From contig CAXXJJ010000004.1 in the NCBI GenBank assembly GCA_963667015.2, forward strand, positions 588,874 through 652,873: a DNA stretch of 64,000 nt, given 5' to 3'. Positions 20,645 to 30,102 of this stretch are shown one piece after another. Numbering within the stretch: the stretch's first letter is position 1; each line of letters starts with the position of its first letter. Source of the stretch: Desulfatiglandales bacterium. Its GTDB lineage: Bacteria > Desulfobacterota > DSM-4660 > Desulfatiglandales > HGW-15. Below the pieces are notes generated by a model, which made no database searches, was not told where the DNA came from, and saw only the letters and a list, made by a program, of their open reading frames with translations. The position numbers were made by a program, and so were the translations under genes.

Positions 20645-22702
20645 ATGAAAGGCGGATATACAGGTAAAATAGCAAGAGTAAACCTGACTACCAAATCGGT
20701 AAGCACGATTCCAACTGAAAAATACATAGAGTTTGGCGGTGGTCATGGAATAGGATCAGCGATTTTCTTGGATCTGGTAGGGGACCAGCTGCCCTTTGAG
20801 GCATTTGATCCCAGAAATTTAATAATAATGATGACATCCCCGTTTTCAGGAACAAATGTCCCTGCTTCCGGCAGATGCGAAGTTCAGGGCCTTGGTCCGA
20901 TGCTTTATCCTATTGAATGGTTTGGCCACAGCAGCTTTGGCGGACGCTTTACTTCCCAGCTAAAGTTTGCCGGGTGGGACGGCATTGTTGTTGAAGGTGC
21001 TGCAAGCGGACCCGTATGGATAAACATTGTAAATGATAAAATCACAATTGAAGACGGGAAAGACGTCTGGGGAATGGATACCTGGGATACTCAGCAGGAG
21101 ATATCCAGGCGGGTAATCCCCGGTCTCAGGCAGGGTGAATGGGCAGAGGTTGCAGATGATGACTACACTACCCAGATACCGGCTGTAGTATGCTGCGGTG
21201 TTGCAGGAGAAAACAAAAGTCGTCTTGGAGCCCTTCTTCATGGACCGGGATCACAGGCTGCATTATGTGGTTTTGGAGGGGTATTCGGTTCAAAAAATCT
21301 GAAAGCTATAAGCGCAATAGGAACAGGCGGTGTAAAGATTGCTGATCCGCAGGCCTTTATGGATGCGCGTTTGTGGTACAGACAGTTTCAGTGGAACGTA
21401 GACAATCCCCGCGAAGCGAAAAGATTTGAGGCCAGTGGATACAGCCTTATCAGCGGTGCACCCAGCGGAGGAAACGTTACAAATGGAAGACCTCCTCTGG
21501 TCCCGGCAAGGGCGGCTGCCTGTGCGTCATGCCCCAGGGGCTGTCGCATGAGAACGGCTACAGGTGACAGTAATGAATCGGTTTGCGCTGGAACAATGGT
21601 TTTTGGAGGATTCGGAAGAGGAAACGCTGCAGAGTCCCGCAGAAATAACGACCTGATGCAAAAATACGGTTTCGGACACTGGCAGCTTATGCCGACTATG
21701 AGATACCTGACGAGTCTCAAATCAAGAGGCCTTATAGGTCCCGGCAAGCTGATGGAATGTGATCTTCCTCTGGACAAGGAGAATACTCCGGGTTTTGCAA
21801 ATATGCTCATGGATGCCATGGCAAACCGAAAAGGGATCGGTGATGACATGGCCGAAGGTGCTGCAAGATGGGCAAAAAAATATGGTCTACTTGAAGATGA
21901 TATGAGCAAAGGAATACTCCGTTTGAGCTACTATGGGACCCAGGAGCACTATGACTCAACCACACAGGTCGAGTGGGGTTTCGGATCTATCCTCGGTGAA
22001 CGCGACCTTATGCTGCATATGATGTCTAATTATCCGCTTCACTGGATGGCCCAGTCGCGTGACCCCTATCTGACAGCAGAGGAAGCTGCCAAGATTTATA
22101 CAAAGGCAATGGTTCCCTATCATGATTATGACGGTCATGAGTTCATGCTTGACTACGGCGATGGTCCAACCGGAATTTATTCTGACCACAAGGTAAAACA
22201 GGTTGCCTGGGTAAAACATTATGAAAAAATGTGGATAGGCGGCGGAGGATTCTGCGGCTGGAGATGGCCAATGTGTATCACAAACAATACAGCAGACAGA
22301 CACGGGCCCACACCCGAGGCAGAACAGAGATTCTGGAATGCTGTAACTGGAGACAACAAAACCTTTGAAGAATCCATGGAACTGGGTCATAAGATCTATA
22401 CCCTGGACAGGTCAATCTGGGTACTGCAGGGCAGGCACAGGGATACGGAAGTATTTCCGGATTATATTTACGACCAGCCCACCAGAGGAAGTGAGCAGCC
22501 CATGTACCAGAATGGCAAATGGGCCTACGAGACCGGTCAGGGCAGAAAGCTGAGCAGAGAAAAATTTGAAGACTGGAAAACCAGGTTCTATAAATTTGAG
22601 GGTTACAATCCTGAAAATGGATACCCCACAAAGAAAACCCTTAAGAAAATGAATCTCGATAAAGTCGCCACGCTTTTGAAGAAGAAGGATAGACTGGGTT
22701 AG
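20645..22702 (+). CDS. Aldehyde:ferredoxin oxidoreductase (AOR) family tungsto-/molybdopterin enzyme
   Basis: Lies within track ORF 20591..22702. ATG at 20645 follows AGGAGG. N-terminus MKGGYTGKIARVNLTT...FGGGHGIGSAIF and cluster motif CASCPRGC (CxxCxxxC). Confidence 0.85.
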   Translation: MKGGYTGKIARVNLTTKSVSTIPTEKYIEFGGGHGIGSAIFLDLVGDQLPFEAFDPRNLIIMMTSPFSGTNVPASGRCEVQGLGPMLYPIEWFGHSSFGGRFTSQLKFAGWDGIVVEGAASGPVWINIVNDKITIEDGKDVWGMDTWDTQQEISRRVIPGLRQGEWAEVADDDYTTQIPAVVCCGVAGENKSRLGALLHGPGSQAALCGFGGVFGSKNLKAISAIGTGGVKIADPQAFMDARLWYRQFQWNVDNPREAKRFEASGYSLISGAPSGGNVTNGRPPLVPARAAACASCPRGCRMRTATGDSNESVCAGTMVFGGFGRGNAAESRRNNDLMQKYGFGHWQLMPTMRYLTSLKSRGLIGPGKLMECDLPLDKENTPGFANMLMDAMANRKGIGDDMAEGAARWAKKYGLLEDDMSKGILRLSYYGTQEHYDSTTQVEWGFGSILGERDLMLHMMSNYPLHWMAQSRDPYLTAEEAAKIYTKAMVPYHDYDGHEFMLDYGDGPTGIYSDHKVKQVAWVKHYEKMWIGGGGFCGWRWPMCITNNTADRHGPTPEAEQRFWNAVTGDNKTFEESMELGHKIYTLDRSIWVLQGRHRDTEVFPDYIYDQPTRGSEQPMYQNGKWAYETGQGRKLSREKFEDWKTRFYKFEGYNPENGYPTKKTLKKMNLDKVATLLKKKDRLG

Positions 22703-22735
22703 CAGGTCTTGGCACTTATTTTGATTTAAAGACGC

Positions 22736-22770
22736 ATTCGCCGGGAAGAATATTCTCCCCGGCGAATTTT
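22736..22770 (+). terminator. Intrinsic terminator after the AOR gene
   Basis: ATTCGCCGGG-12 nt-CCCGGCGAAT, a 10-bp stem followed by TTTT. Confidence 0.8.
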
Positions 22771-22938
22771 CTATGAAAGATATAACTAATTTAATATTTT
22801 TAACCTTATCCGGGTTGAAGATGTCAAATTTCACCAATATTTTTATTATGATCCAGGCATACATTTTTCACACAGTTATCCAACCTTGTATGTGTCTAAT
22901 TTTAAAAATCAATCTAAAATCGATTCAGGAGGCTTAAC

Positions 22939-24672
22939 ATGAAAAGGATATTTACATCAGCTAAATTCCTGCTTTTACTTGCTGCGTCTATCCTTGTGTG
23001 CAGTGCAGCTCAGGGCAGTGAAAAAATTACGGTAATGAATCCGGCAATCGCAAATCCCATGGTGGACCGGGTAGCATTGACAAAACGTCTCGACACACTT
23101 GATAACAAAACCCTTTATCTCGTGGATATCAACTGGGGCGGCCCTGATGCGGCCTACGGTGTTTTCAAGGAAATGGAAATATGGTTTTCTGAAAATATGC
23201 CCAAGGTAAATGTTGTACTAAAGAGAAAAAACGGCAGCTACATGTCTGATGACCCGGCATTATGGAAAGAGATCGGTGAAAAAGGAGATGCCGCAGTTAT
23301 CGGAATATCTGGTTGAGACAGCTGTACCTCGGCCGTGAGCCGATTCTGTAAAACACTGGAAACAACCTATAATATACCTACTGTAGGCGGAGCAGCAGCC
23401 AATATCATGAGTTATGCTGTTGGATATAATATCACAAATGTAACCGGCATGCCTGTCCGTTTTGTCGGATTTCCTTTTCCTGTTGCAGGCCAGCCTCAGA
23501 AAGTCCACAGGCAATATGTAAGGGGAAATGATATGTTGAGCGGTAAACCAATGATGCAGACCATCATTGAAGGCCTTACAAAACCACGGACGGAAGAAGA
23601 AAAATACTCAGGTCCTGCTCCGGCCCCGACTCCGGAACCCAGATTTTTACCCCCGGATACAGAAGAAAACCTTCGTCGTCTTTTCAAGGAGAAGGACTGG
23701 ACCGACTATAATCCAATAATTCTTCCTACTGAAGATAAAGTAAAAGCCATGCTTGAAGGCACAAGTCACGAAGCAGATGAAGTGCTTGTAACCCTTAACT
23801 GGCCTGGAGGAGAAAGAAAATTTACCGTGGAAAAAGCAGCAATCTGTGCTGTTATGGCAGGTGCAAAACCTGAATACTTCCCGCTTATTCTGGCACTTGG
23901 GACGCAGGTAGGAAATTTTGGCAATTCCACCAGTTCAATGGCAAATATAATACTGGTCAATGGACCGATACGCAATGAACTGGGGATGAATTACAAGGGA
24001 AATGCCATGGGCCCCCATAATGAGGTCAACTCCGTTGTGGGCCGTGTCTTCACCCTTATGGCAAAGACAGCCGGCAATATTCATCATGGAGTAACTACTT
24101 TCAGCACACTGGGAAGCAACCTTCAATACAACAATCTCTGCATAGCAGAAAATGAAGAGGCCCTTCCGGAAGGCTGGAAACCCTACCATGTGAGTATGAG
24201 GTTTAAACCCAATGACAGCACGATCACGGTAGGCAGGGGTTGGACCTATATTTCAAGTGTAGGTGAAGCACAGAAGGCTTATCCTCCACACTTCCTCATG
24301 CGTGATTATATGAGATCTCTGGGAGCATTCGGTGGTGCATCCGTAATAATGGACCCGACAGTTGCAAAACTGCTTAAGGATAATTATGAAATGAAAACAA
24401 AAGAAGATCTCAGTAAATGGCTTGCAGAGAATATTGAAAAAACAGTTGATTCATTCTGGGGTAACGGTGTTGCAGCCACAGGAATGCTGCCGATGGCCAG
24501 ACAGGGCCTGCCTCCATATGCAGATTACCTGAATATGCCGGGAGATACGCTGATAAAGCCCTTTAACGCCCGCAGCATCAATATATTAGCTGTTGGCGGT
24601 GAGATTCAGACAACATGGTTTGTTACCGATTTCGGTCTTGGCAGGCCGGTTTCGGTTGATGAGTGGAGATAG
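22939..24672 (+). CDS. Predicted exported selenoprotein (577 aa) with in-frame UGA at 23314-23316 (Sec126) in a G-U-D-S-C motif. N-terminal GrdB/UGSC-like redox domain fused to an uncharacterised ~440-aa domain
   Basis: Track ORFs 22939..23316 and 23335..24672 share one frame and are separated only by TGA plus 6 sense codons. The second ORF has only a GTG with no SD. Reads ...GDAAVIGISG-U-DSCTSAVSRFCKTLE.... Sec-type signal peptide MKRIFTSAKFLLLLAASILVCSAAQG. A hairpin follows the TGA. Confidence 0.65.
23317..23349 (+). promoter_or_regulatory. Candidate bacterial SECIS-like hairpin
   Basis: Inner stem UCGGC/GCCGA (23329-23333 with 23339-23343) and apical loop CGUGA (23334-23338), which begins 17 nt after the UGA. 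A possible outer stem ACAG/CUGU (23318-23321 with 23346-23349). Short by comparison with fdhF-type SECIS elements. Confidence 0.4.
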
Positions 24673-24682
24673 AAAAGCAGGA

Positions 24683-24836
24683 TTCAAGGGTTCGAGGGGT
24701 CGAGGGTTCCAGTGCCTCTGTAATAACCTGAGTAGTTATTTTTAAGGTCTCAATATTATTAAAGTTGAGAAATCAGTTGTAGATATTTTTATTTTTTTTC
24801 GCTTGAACCCTTGAAACCTGGGACCCTTGAACCCTT
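24683..24836. repeat. Imperfect ~28-bp inverted repeat of TTCAAGGGT-type units flanking a ~90-nt AT-rich spacer, followed by a T-run
   Basis: 5' arm ttcaagggttcgaggggtcgagggttcc (24683-24710). 3' arm gaacccttgaaacctgggacccttgaaccc (24804-24833), followed by tttttt. Confidence 0.5.
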
Positions 24837-24860
24837 TTTTAAAAAATTTTAGGAGCAACA

Positions 24861-25280
24861 ATGAAAAAAATAGTTTTATTAATTTTAATGGTTATTTTTA
24901 CTTTTCCGGCACCCGGCAAAGCAGCTGAAGTGGCTCAGATCAAACCCCATGAGTTAAAGCAGCTAATTGATAAAAAAAGTAAATTTATACTTATAGATTC
25001 AAGGGACAGCGGGAAGTATAGCCAGGGGCATATTGAAGGAGCTGTAAATATCCATTTTGATCCTTCAGGAGACCCCAATGCCCGTCAAATGATTCTGATG
25101 GCCCTGCCTATTGATAATCTTATAATTATTTACGGTGATGCCGAAGATGAGAAAGCAGCTGAAGGTCTTGCACTTGAGCTATATGATATGGGCTGTGACA
25201 TGGATAGTCTGAAGATTTTATCCGGAGGCATAGCTCAGTGGAAAAAGCAGGGATTCACTCTTATAACTGCCGGCAATTAA
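24861..25280 (+). CDS. Exported rhodanese-homology-domain protein lacking the active-site Cys
   Basis: Signal peptide MKKIVLLILMVIFTFPAPGKA. Rhodanese pattern ILIDSRDSGKYSQGHIEGAVNI. The active-site loop position reads IIIYGDAEDEKAA, where Cys is expected after the beta-strand. Confidence 0.75.
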   Translation: MKKIVLLILMVIFTFPAPGKAAEVAQIKPHELKQLIDKKSKFILIDSRDSGKYSQGHIEGAVNIHFDPSGDPNARQMILMALPIDNLIIIYGDAEDEKAAEGLALELYDMGCDMDSLKILSGGIAQWKKQGFTLITAGN

Positions 25281-25295
25281 CAGGAGATCTATAAT

Positions 25296-27662
25296 ATGGC
25301 CGACTTAGCAGGTGTAAACGGGCAAAGGAAGGAATTCAGGGTTGTTGGGAAACCAAACCTTCCCGGCAGACTGTCCTATTCAATAGCAACAGGCGTGGCA
25401 AGATACGGCGCAGACTATGTAGTTCAGGATATGCTCCATGCAAAGTTTTTAAGGAGCCCCTATGCAAATGCCATAATAAAGAGCATGAATACAGACAATG
25501 CCATGAAAATCCCCGGAGTTGTCGACATTCTTACCTGGGAAGATGCGGATATCAAAGGGTTGAGTGCAGGCGGGGGATTTATGGGACCCGGCCAGCCTCT
25601 CCTGACTGATGCTGCAGATCAGGAAGGAGGCATTATAGGGGCAATTGTCGTTGCTGAAGATGAAGACATCTGCGATGAAGCCTTAAGGAGGCTTAAAGAA
25701 GACTCTGAGTGGGAAATATTGCCGCATCTGGTAGACATCCTTGAAGGAAGAAAACCGGATGCACCGGTGATTCGCCCCCCTGCCCCACAAACAGGCGGAG
25801 GAGGATTCGGAACAGGAGGAGGAAATAACCCGCCTAAAAAAGGTAATGTTTCCTATTCCAACATAAGCGCGGGCGATATAGAGGCCGGGTTCAGGGAGGC
25901 TGATCATATCATAGAATATGACATAAACCTCCCTGCATTTGCGGGGCATCTCCCGGATCCTGTAGGATCTGTTGCATGGTGGTTTAATGCCCCTTATCAT
26001 GGCGAAGGGAAGAGCCTCAGGATAGAAGGCAATGCCTGGGGCCATGACCAGGTAGTGGGCATGTACAAGATGCCCCCGGAAAAGGTCTTTCAGGAGTGTA
26101 TGCTTGTAGGAGGCAGATATTGTGACTGGGGCATACGCGAATCCCAGTTAATCACACCCCTTTTAGCTAAAAGAACCGGAAGACCGGTCAGATGTGTTCA
26201 GAGCCGCTATGATCAATATGACTTCAACCTTAACCAGCGCTTCATGCATATGAAGATCGGCTTTAAAAAGGATGGCCTGATTACCGCGATAGACGATTTT
26301 TCAATCGCAGACAACGGGGTCCGAAGCAGTTCGGTTTTTGGCACTTCAATGGATCAAACCTATGGCCCCTATTTCACCACAAGGTGCCAGAATGTCAGGC
26401 AAAACATGGACATTGTTGACAGCAACCGCGGCAAGATGTGGCTAAGCGGTCAGCATAATCCAATGAACTGGGATTCAATAACCCTGGCAATACTTATGAT
26501 TGCCGATAAACTTGACAAAGACCCTGTCGATGTAGCAAGGCTTAATCTGCACGGACCCACATCCCAGACTGACCCTGATCCTGTACCCAGCTTTGAGGCA
26601 TGTATTGAAGCCGCAAAGAAAATGATGAACTGGAAGTGGCACAGAAAAGGTGAGAAAAAGCTTAAAGACGGAAGGCTGCACGGAGCAGGCTTCAGGTATC
26701 AGCAGTGTCCCAGACACTCCGGCATGGTGTTCAACCCTAAACTTGAACTCAGAAACGGTGTTGTACACCTTGATTCCAGGGGTCCTGTTATAGGCAATTA
26801 TATAATGGAAGCAAATATGATGGTTGTTGCCGAAGAACTTGGACTGAGGTATGAAGATATCAAGGGTGAACTCGATCACCATGAAATCTATAAACCCTGG
26901 GGTGGAGGAAGTGACGGAACAACCGCTTCTGGCTGGGCATTGAAGGAATGTGCCAATAAATTAAAAAAGCTGATCCTTGAGACTGCGATAGAGGAAGCAA
27001 ATAATCCTGCCCCGACTGGCGGTATTGGCGGATTTGGCCCGAAACAACCTCCCAATCCATTTAAGGATGCAAAACCTTCCGATCTTGACCTGCAGGATGG
27101 AAAGGTTGTGTTCAAAAACAATACCGATAAAGGGCTTCCCCTTGCACAGGCCGTCAAGTCCAACCTTTTTGCAACCTATTCAGGCAGGCCACCCCTTGCC
27201 CTATGGAACGAACGTGGCAAAAAACTGGACACCATGAATGTTGCCATGTGTGAGGTTGCTGTTGATACTGAGACAGGAGAGGTAGAAATCCTCCGCTTTG
27301 GCGTGGTCGCTGATCCGGGCAAGATCATGCGTCGTACCTCGCTTGAGAGCCAGATTCATCAGGTAATGTATTTCAGTGAAGGCTGCCAGCTGTTTGAAGA
27401 TTATATATATGATAATAAAACAGGTGTGAAACTCAGCACCAATATGTTTGAATATAAAAAACCGACTATTATGGATCATGCGCCGGTTGACATGGAACTG
27501 CTTGAAACCCGTGCGGGAAATGCCTGTTACGGGGCTAATGGTATCAGCCATTCACTTGCAAATACCCATCTTGTTATTTCTGCGATATACAACGCGATAG
27601 GCAAATGGGTCGATCCTCCGGCTACGCCGGATAAGGTCCTTAAGGCCCTGGGAAAGGCATAG
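25296..27662 (+). CDS. Xanthine dehydrogenase/aldehyde oxidase-family molybdopterin-binding large subunit (PaoC/CoxL-like)
   Basis: a/b-hammerhead N-terminus (RVVGKPNLPGR...ARYGADYVVQDMLHAKFLRSPYANA). 788 aa. Two Gly/Pro-rich insertions (QTGGGGFGTGGGNNPP and PTGGIGGFGPKQPP). Confidence 0.85.
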   Translation: MADLAGVNGQRKEFRVVGKPNLPGRLSYSIATGVARYGADYVVQDMLHAKFLRSPYANAIIKSMNTDNAMKIPGVVDILTWEDADIKGLSAGGGFMGPGQPLLTDAADQEGGIIGAIVVAEDEDICDEALRRLKEDSEWEILPHLVDILEGRKPDAPVIRPPAPQTGGGGFGTGGGNNPPKKGNVSYSNISAGDIEAGFREADHIIEYDINLPAFAGHLPDPVGSVAWWFNAPYHGEGKSLRIEGNAWGHDQVVGMYKMPPEKVFQECMLVGGRYCDWGIRESQLITPLLAKRTGRPVRCVQSRYDQYDFNLNQRFMHMKIGFKKDGLITAIDDFSIADNGVRSSSVFGTSMDQTYGPYFTTRCQNVRQNMDIVDSNRGKMWLSGQHNPMNWDSITLAILMIADKLDKDPVDVARLNLHGPTSQTDPDPVPSFEACIEAAKKMMNWKWHRKGEKKLKDGRLHGAGFRYQQCPRHSGMVFNPKLELRNGVVHLDSRGPVIGNYIMEANMMVVAEELGLRYEDIKGELDHHEIYKPWGGGSDGTTASGWALKECANKLKKLILETAIEEANNPAPTGGIGGFGPKQPPNPFKDAKPSDLDLQDGKVVFKNNTDKGLPLAQAVKSNLFATYSGRPPLALWNERGKKLDTMNVAMCEVAVDTETGEVEILRFGVVADPGKIMRRTSLESQIHQVMYFSEGCQLFEDYIYDNKTGVKLSTNMFEYKKPTIMDHAPVDMELLETRAGNACYGANGISHSLANTHLVISAIYNAIGKWVDPPATPDKVLKALGKA

Positions 27663-27672
27663 GAATACAGTA

Positions 27673-28062
27673 ATGCAGAAATATCTTACTAAATGGATTG
27701 ATTATAAACTTCCTACTGGTCAGGAATTTTCAGTGGCTGTCTGCGGATACAGCGGGAAGGTTCGGCATTTATACCTTGGAAATGACCCTATACGCAGGAT
27801 GATTGCACAGCATGTTTATGCGGAAGAAGGATTCTGTCAGATAGGTGACCACTGCTTTGCCCTGGACTGCCCCCTTAACAGGGCAGATAAGGAACATCTC
27901 CTTCACATGCTTGACATGACGGAGGATGAAGCAATGGACCCAGAGGCATCCGAACAATGGGGAACCGGAAGTACTCTGGAGGGCTTTCTGTTATTTGCCC
28001 GTAAGATAACCGAATCACTACCCGAAGACCTGAAAAAACCCCAGGCTCCGGTAGAGGAATAA
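27673..28062 (+). CDS. Hypothetical 129-aa protein
   Basis: ORF packed tightly between the Mo subunit and the methyltransferase. Contains a Cys/His-rich stretch FCQIGDHCFALDCP. No family recognised. Confidence 0.5.
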   Translation: MQKYLTKWIDYKLPTGQEFSVAVCGYSGKVRHLYLGNDPIRRMIAQHVYAEEGFCQIGDHCFALDCPLNRADKEHLLHMLDMTEDEAMDPEASEQWGTGSTLEGFLLFARKITESLPEDLKKPQAPVEE

Positions 28063-28081
28063 CAGGGACTCTGGAATATCT

Positions 28082-28933
28082 ATGGAAAAAGTAACAGACT
28101 GGATCGCACTGTGGAAAGAACTTGTCGAAAAGCAGGGGCCATTCTGGAACCATAAAAAAAGATCCAAAGATAACAGGGATAAATGGAAGGACAGGTCACA
28201 GGGATTTTATGACCGTGTCAAAAAAAGATGGTCAAAACCGGATCCTCACAGAGATTTTATTGTCTCCATGATTTCATCGGTCAGTGATGCCACTGTTATT
28301 GATATCGGTGCAGGAACAGGCGCATGGGCTGTTTATTTATCGAGATCAGCAAAAAAGATTACGGCAATTGAGCCTTCTGCTGAAATGAGACAGATATTAA
28401 GGGAAAATATAGAAAAAGAAGGTGTTGACAATGTTGAAGTCCTGGACAAATTATGGCCTGTGCCCGACATGGAAACACATGATTTCTCTCTCGCTTCACA
28501 CTCTGTTTACGGATGCGAAAATCTTCAGGGCTTTGTTAATGCAATGACCAGAGCCACGAGGAATACCTGCTTTATGCTGCTCCGGGCCCCTGATCATAAC
28601 GGTCTTATGGCAAGGGCCGCCAGCAGGATCTGGGGGCAGCCCTATGACAGCCCTAATTTTCAGGTAGCCTACAATGCAATGCTCCAGATGGGCATGTTTC
28701 CCAATGTGCTCATGGAAGAAAGAGGCATGTGGCCAAGATGGACAAATAATAACTTTGAAGAAGCATTTGAAAGGATCAGGTCAAGATTCGGGCTTGAAAA
28801 AGACACAGATTATGATCCATTCCTAAGGAATCTCATTGAGAAGCACCTTAATGAAAAAAACGGAATGATAAAATGGCCTTCCGAATTAAGAACCGGCCTT
28901 GTCTACTGGAATACTTTAAGAGAACAGGACTAG
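28082..28933 (+). CDS. Class I SAM-dependent methyltransferase
   Basis: Motif I VIDIGAGTGAWAVYL followed by an acidic residue after beta-2 (ITAIEPS). Confidence 0.75.
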   Translation: MEKVTDWIALWKELVEKQGPFWNHKKRSKDNRDKWKDRSQGFYDRVKKRWSKPDPHRDFIVSMISSVSDATVIDIGAGTGAWAVYLSRSAKKITAIEPSAEMRQILRENIEKEGVDNVEVLDKLWPVPDMETHDFSLASHSVYGCENLQGFVNAMTRATRNTCFMLLRAPDHNGLMARAASRIWGQPYDSPNFQVAYNAMLQMGMFPNVLMEERGMWPRWTNNNFEEAFERIRSRFGLEKDTDYDPFLRNLIEKHLNEKNGMIKWPSELRTGLVYWNTLREQD

Positions 28934-28939
28934 ACAAAT

Positions 28940-29998
28940 ATGAGCATTAACAAAAAGTGGAAGCAAAAATTTGATATACTGAAAAACTATATAGCAACTA
29001 ACTCTGAAATTATTATAAATACAAACGAAATATCCATACCGGAGCATCTACGTGATAAATTCTACGATTATTTTGATGATATCCGGAATACGTTTGTAGA
29101 GGATTTTTTCACCTCATTACCGCTGGATGCAGACACCCTTTGCAGGAACTATAATCAGTCGGAAAAAGAGCTGATCGACTTTCTAAATCTTGAACGTATC
29201 GACCTGCCTGTGGATCTTATAAGCTTTCTTCATAATCCAAGAGAGGGCATGGTACGCTGGCTCTACAACAGATTGTTCGAAGTAATACAGGAAAAGATAT
29301 CAATAGAAGATTTTGAACAGATTGCGGAAAATGATCTGGTCGCAACAACCGCAGAGATGTACCGGCTTGGGTATGAAACATGGGCAGTTCTGACACTTAT
29401 CCTTTCACTTGACCCTGAAAAGGCATACTCTGTTGAGCTAGATGAGGAATATAATCCTATTGCTGGAGAACTCAAGGTAATTGCCTTTGGTCGTCAGTTT
29501 AATCACAGTACAAAGCGCATACCTGAATTTATTATTCATTCAAAAAAACTTGATTGTTATGTTGCGGTAAAGGTGCCACTGGCAAAGGAAGTTGAGGGAT
29601 ACCATCTCCCCCACGAAGTCCCTAAAAAGATGCTGAGAGACCGCACCGGTGATACATCCTATGTACTGGATTCAAGGATTTTATTTCTTTCAGTGCTAAA
29701 AAACCTGGATGATATTCCTATTTATGCTGAAATATCTGAGCGTAAGATAGAAAGCCCTGACGCAGTAATAGAATTCCTGACCTCAGAAGACCTGAATGAC
29801 GCGGAAAAAATTTCTCAGATTCAAAAACGGTTAAAAATTATGAAACCAGGGCTTGGCGGTTCAGTTATGGTTATGAATCCCGATTATAAAACTGGTTCCG
29901 AACCATCAGCGGAAGGTATTGATATATTTTTAACAGGATTTGATAGAAATAAATTACAGCAGGTTACTCAAAAACTTTTAGTCGGCAAAGAAAGCTAG
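28940..29998 (+). CDS. Hypothetical protein (AT-rich gene)
   Basis: 352-aa ORF. The first 100 nt are about 25% G+C by my count, visibly lower than flanking genes. No family recognised. Confidence 0.55.
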   Translation: MSINKKWKQKFDILKNYIATNSEIIINTNEISIPEHLRDKFYDYFDDIRNTFVEDFFTSLPLDADTLCRNYNQSEKELIDFLNLERIDLPVDLISFLHNPREGMVRWLYNRLFEVIQEKISIEDFEQIAENDLVATTAEMYRLGYETWAVLTLILSLDPEKAYSVELDEEYNPIAGELKVIAFGRQFNHSTKRIPEFIIHSKKLDCYVAVKVPLAKEVEGYHLPHEVPKKMLRDRTGDTSYVLDSRILFLSVLKNLDDIPIYAEISERKIESPDAVIEFLTSEDLNDAEKISQIQKRLKIMKPGLGGSVMVMNPDYKTGSEPSAEGIDIFLTGFDRNKLQQVTQKLLVGKES

Positions 29999-30028
29999 AC
30001 TATACATGGATTGCCACAAGGTATTAAT

Positions 30029-30057
30029 TTGACACATATGTGCCAAACATCTATATT
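30029..30057 (+). promoter_or_regulatory. Near-consensus sigma70 promoter upstream of the 2Fe-2S subunit gene
   Basis: TTGACA (30029-30034), 17 nt, TATATT (30052-30057). Confidence 0.6.
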
Positions 30058-30102
30058 CGATTAGAGATGAAGTAACGTTTTTTCAACTCAATATTAGGAG
30101 AT

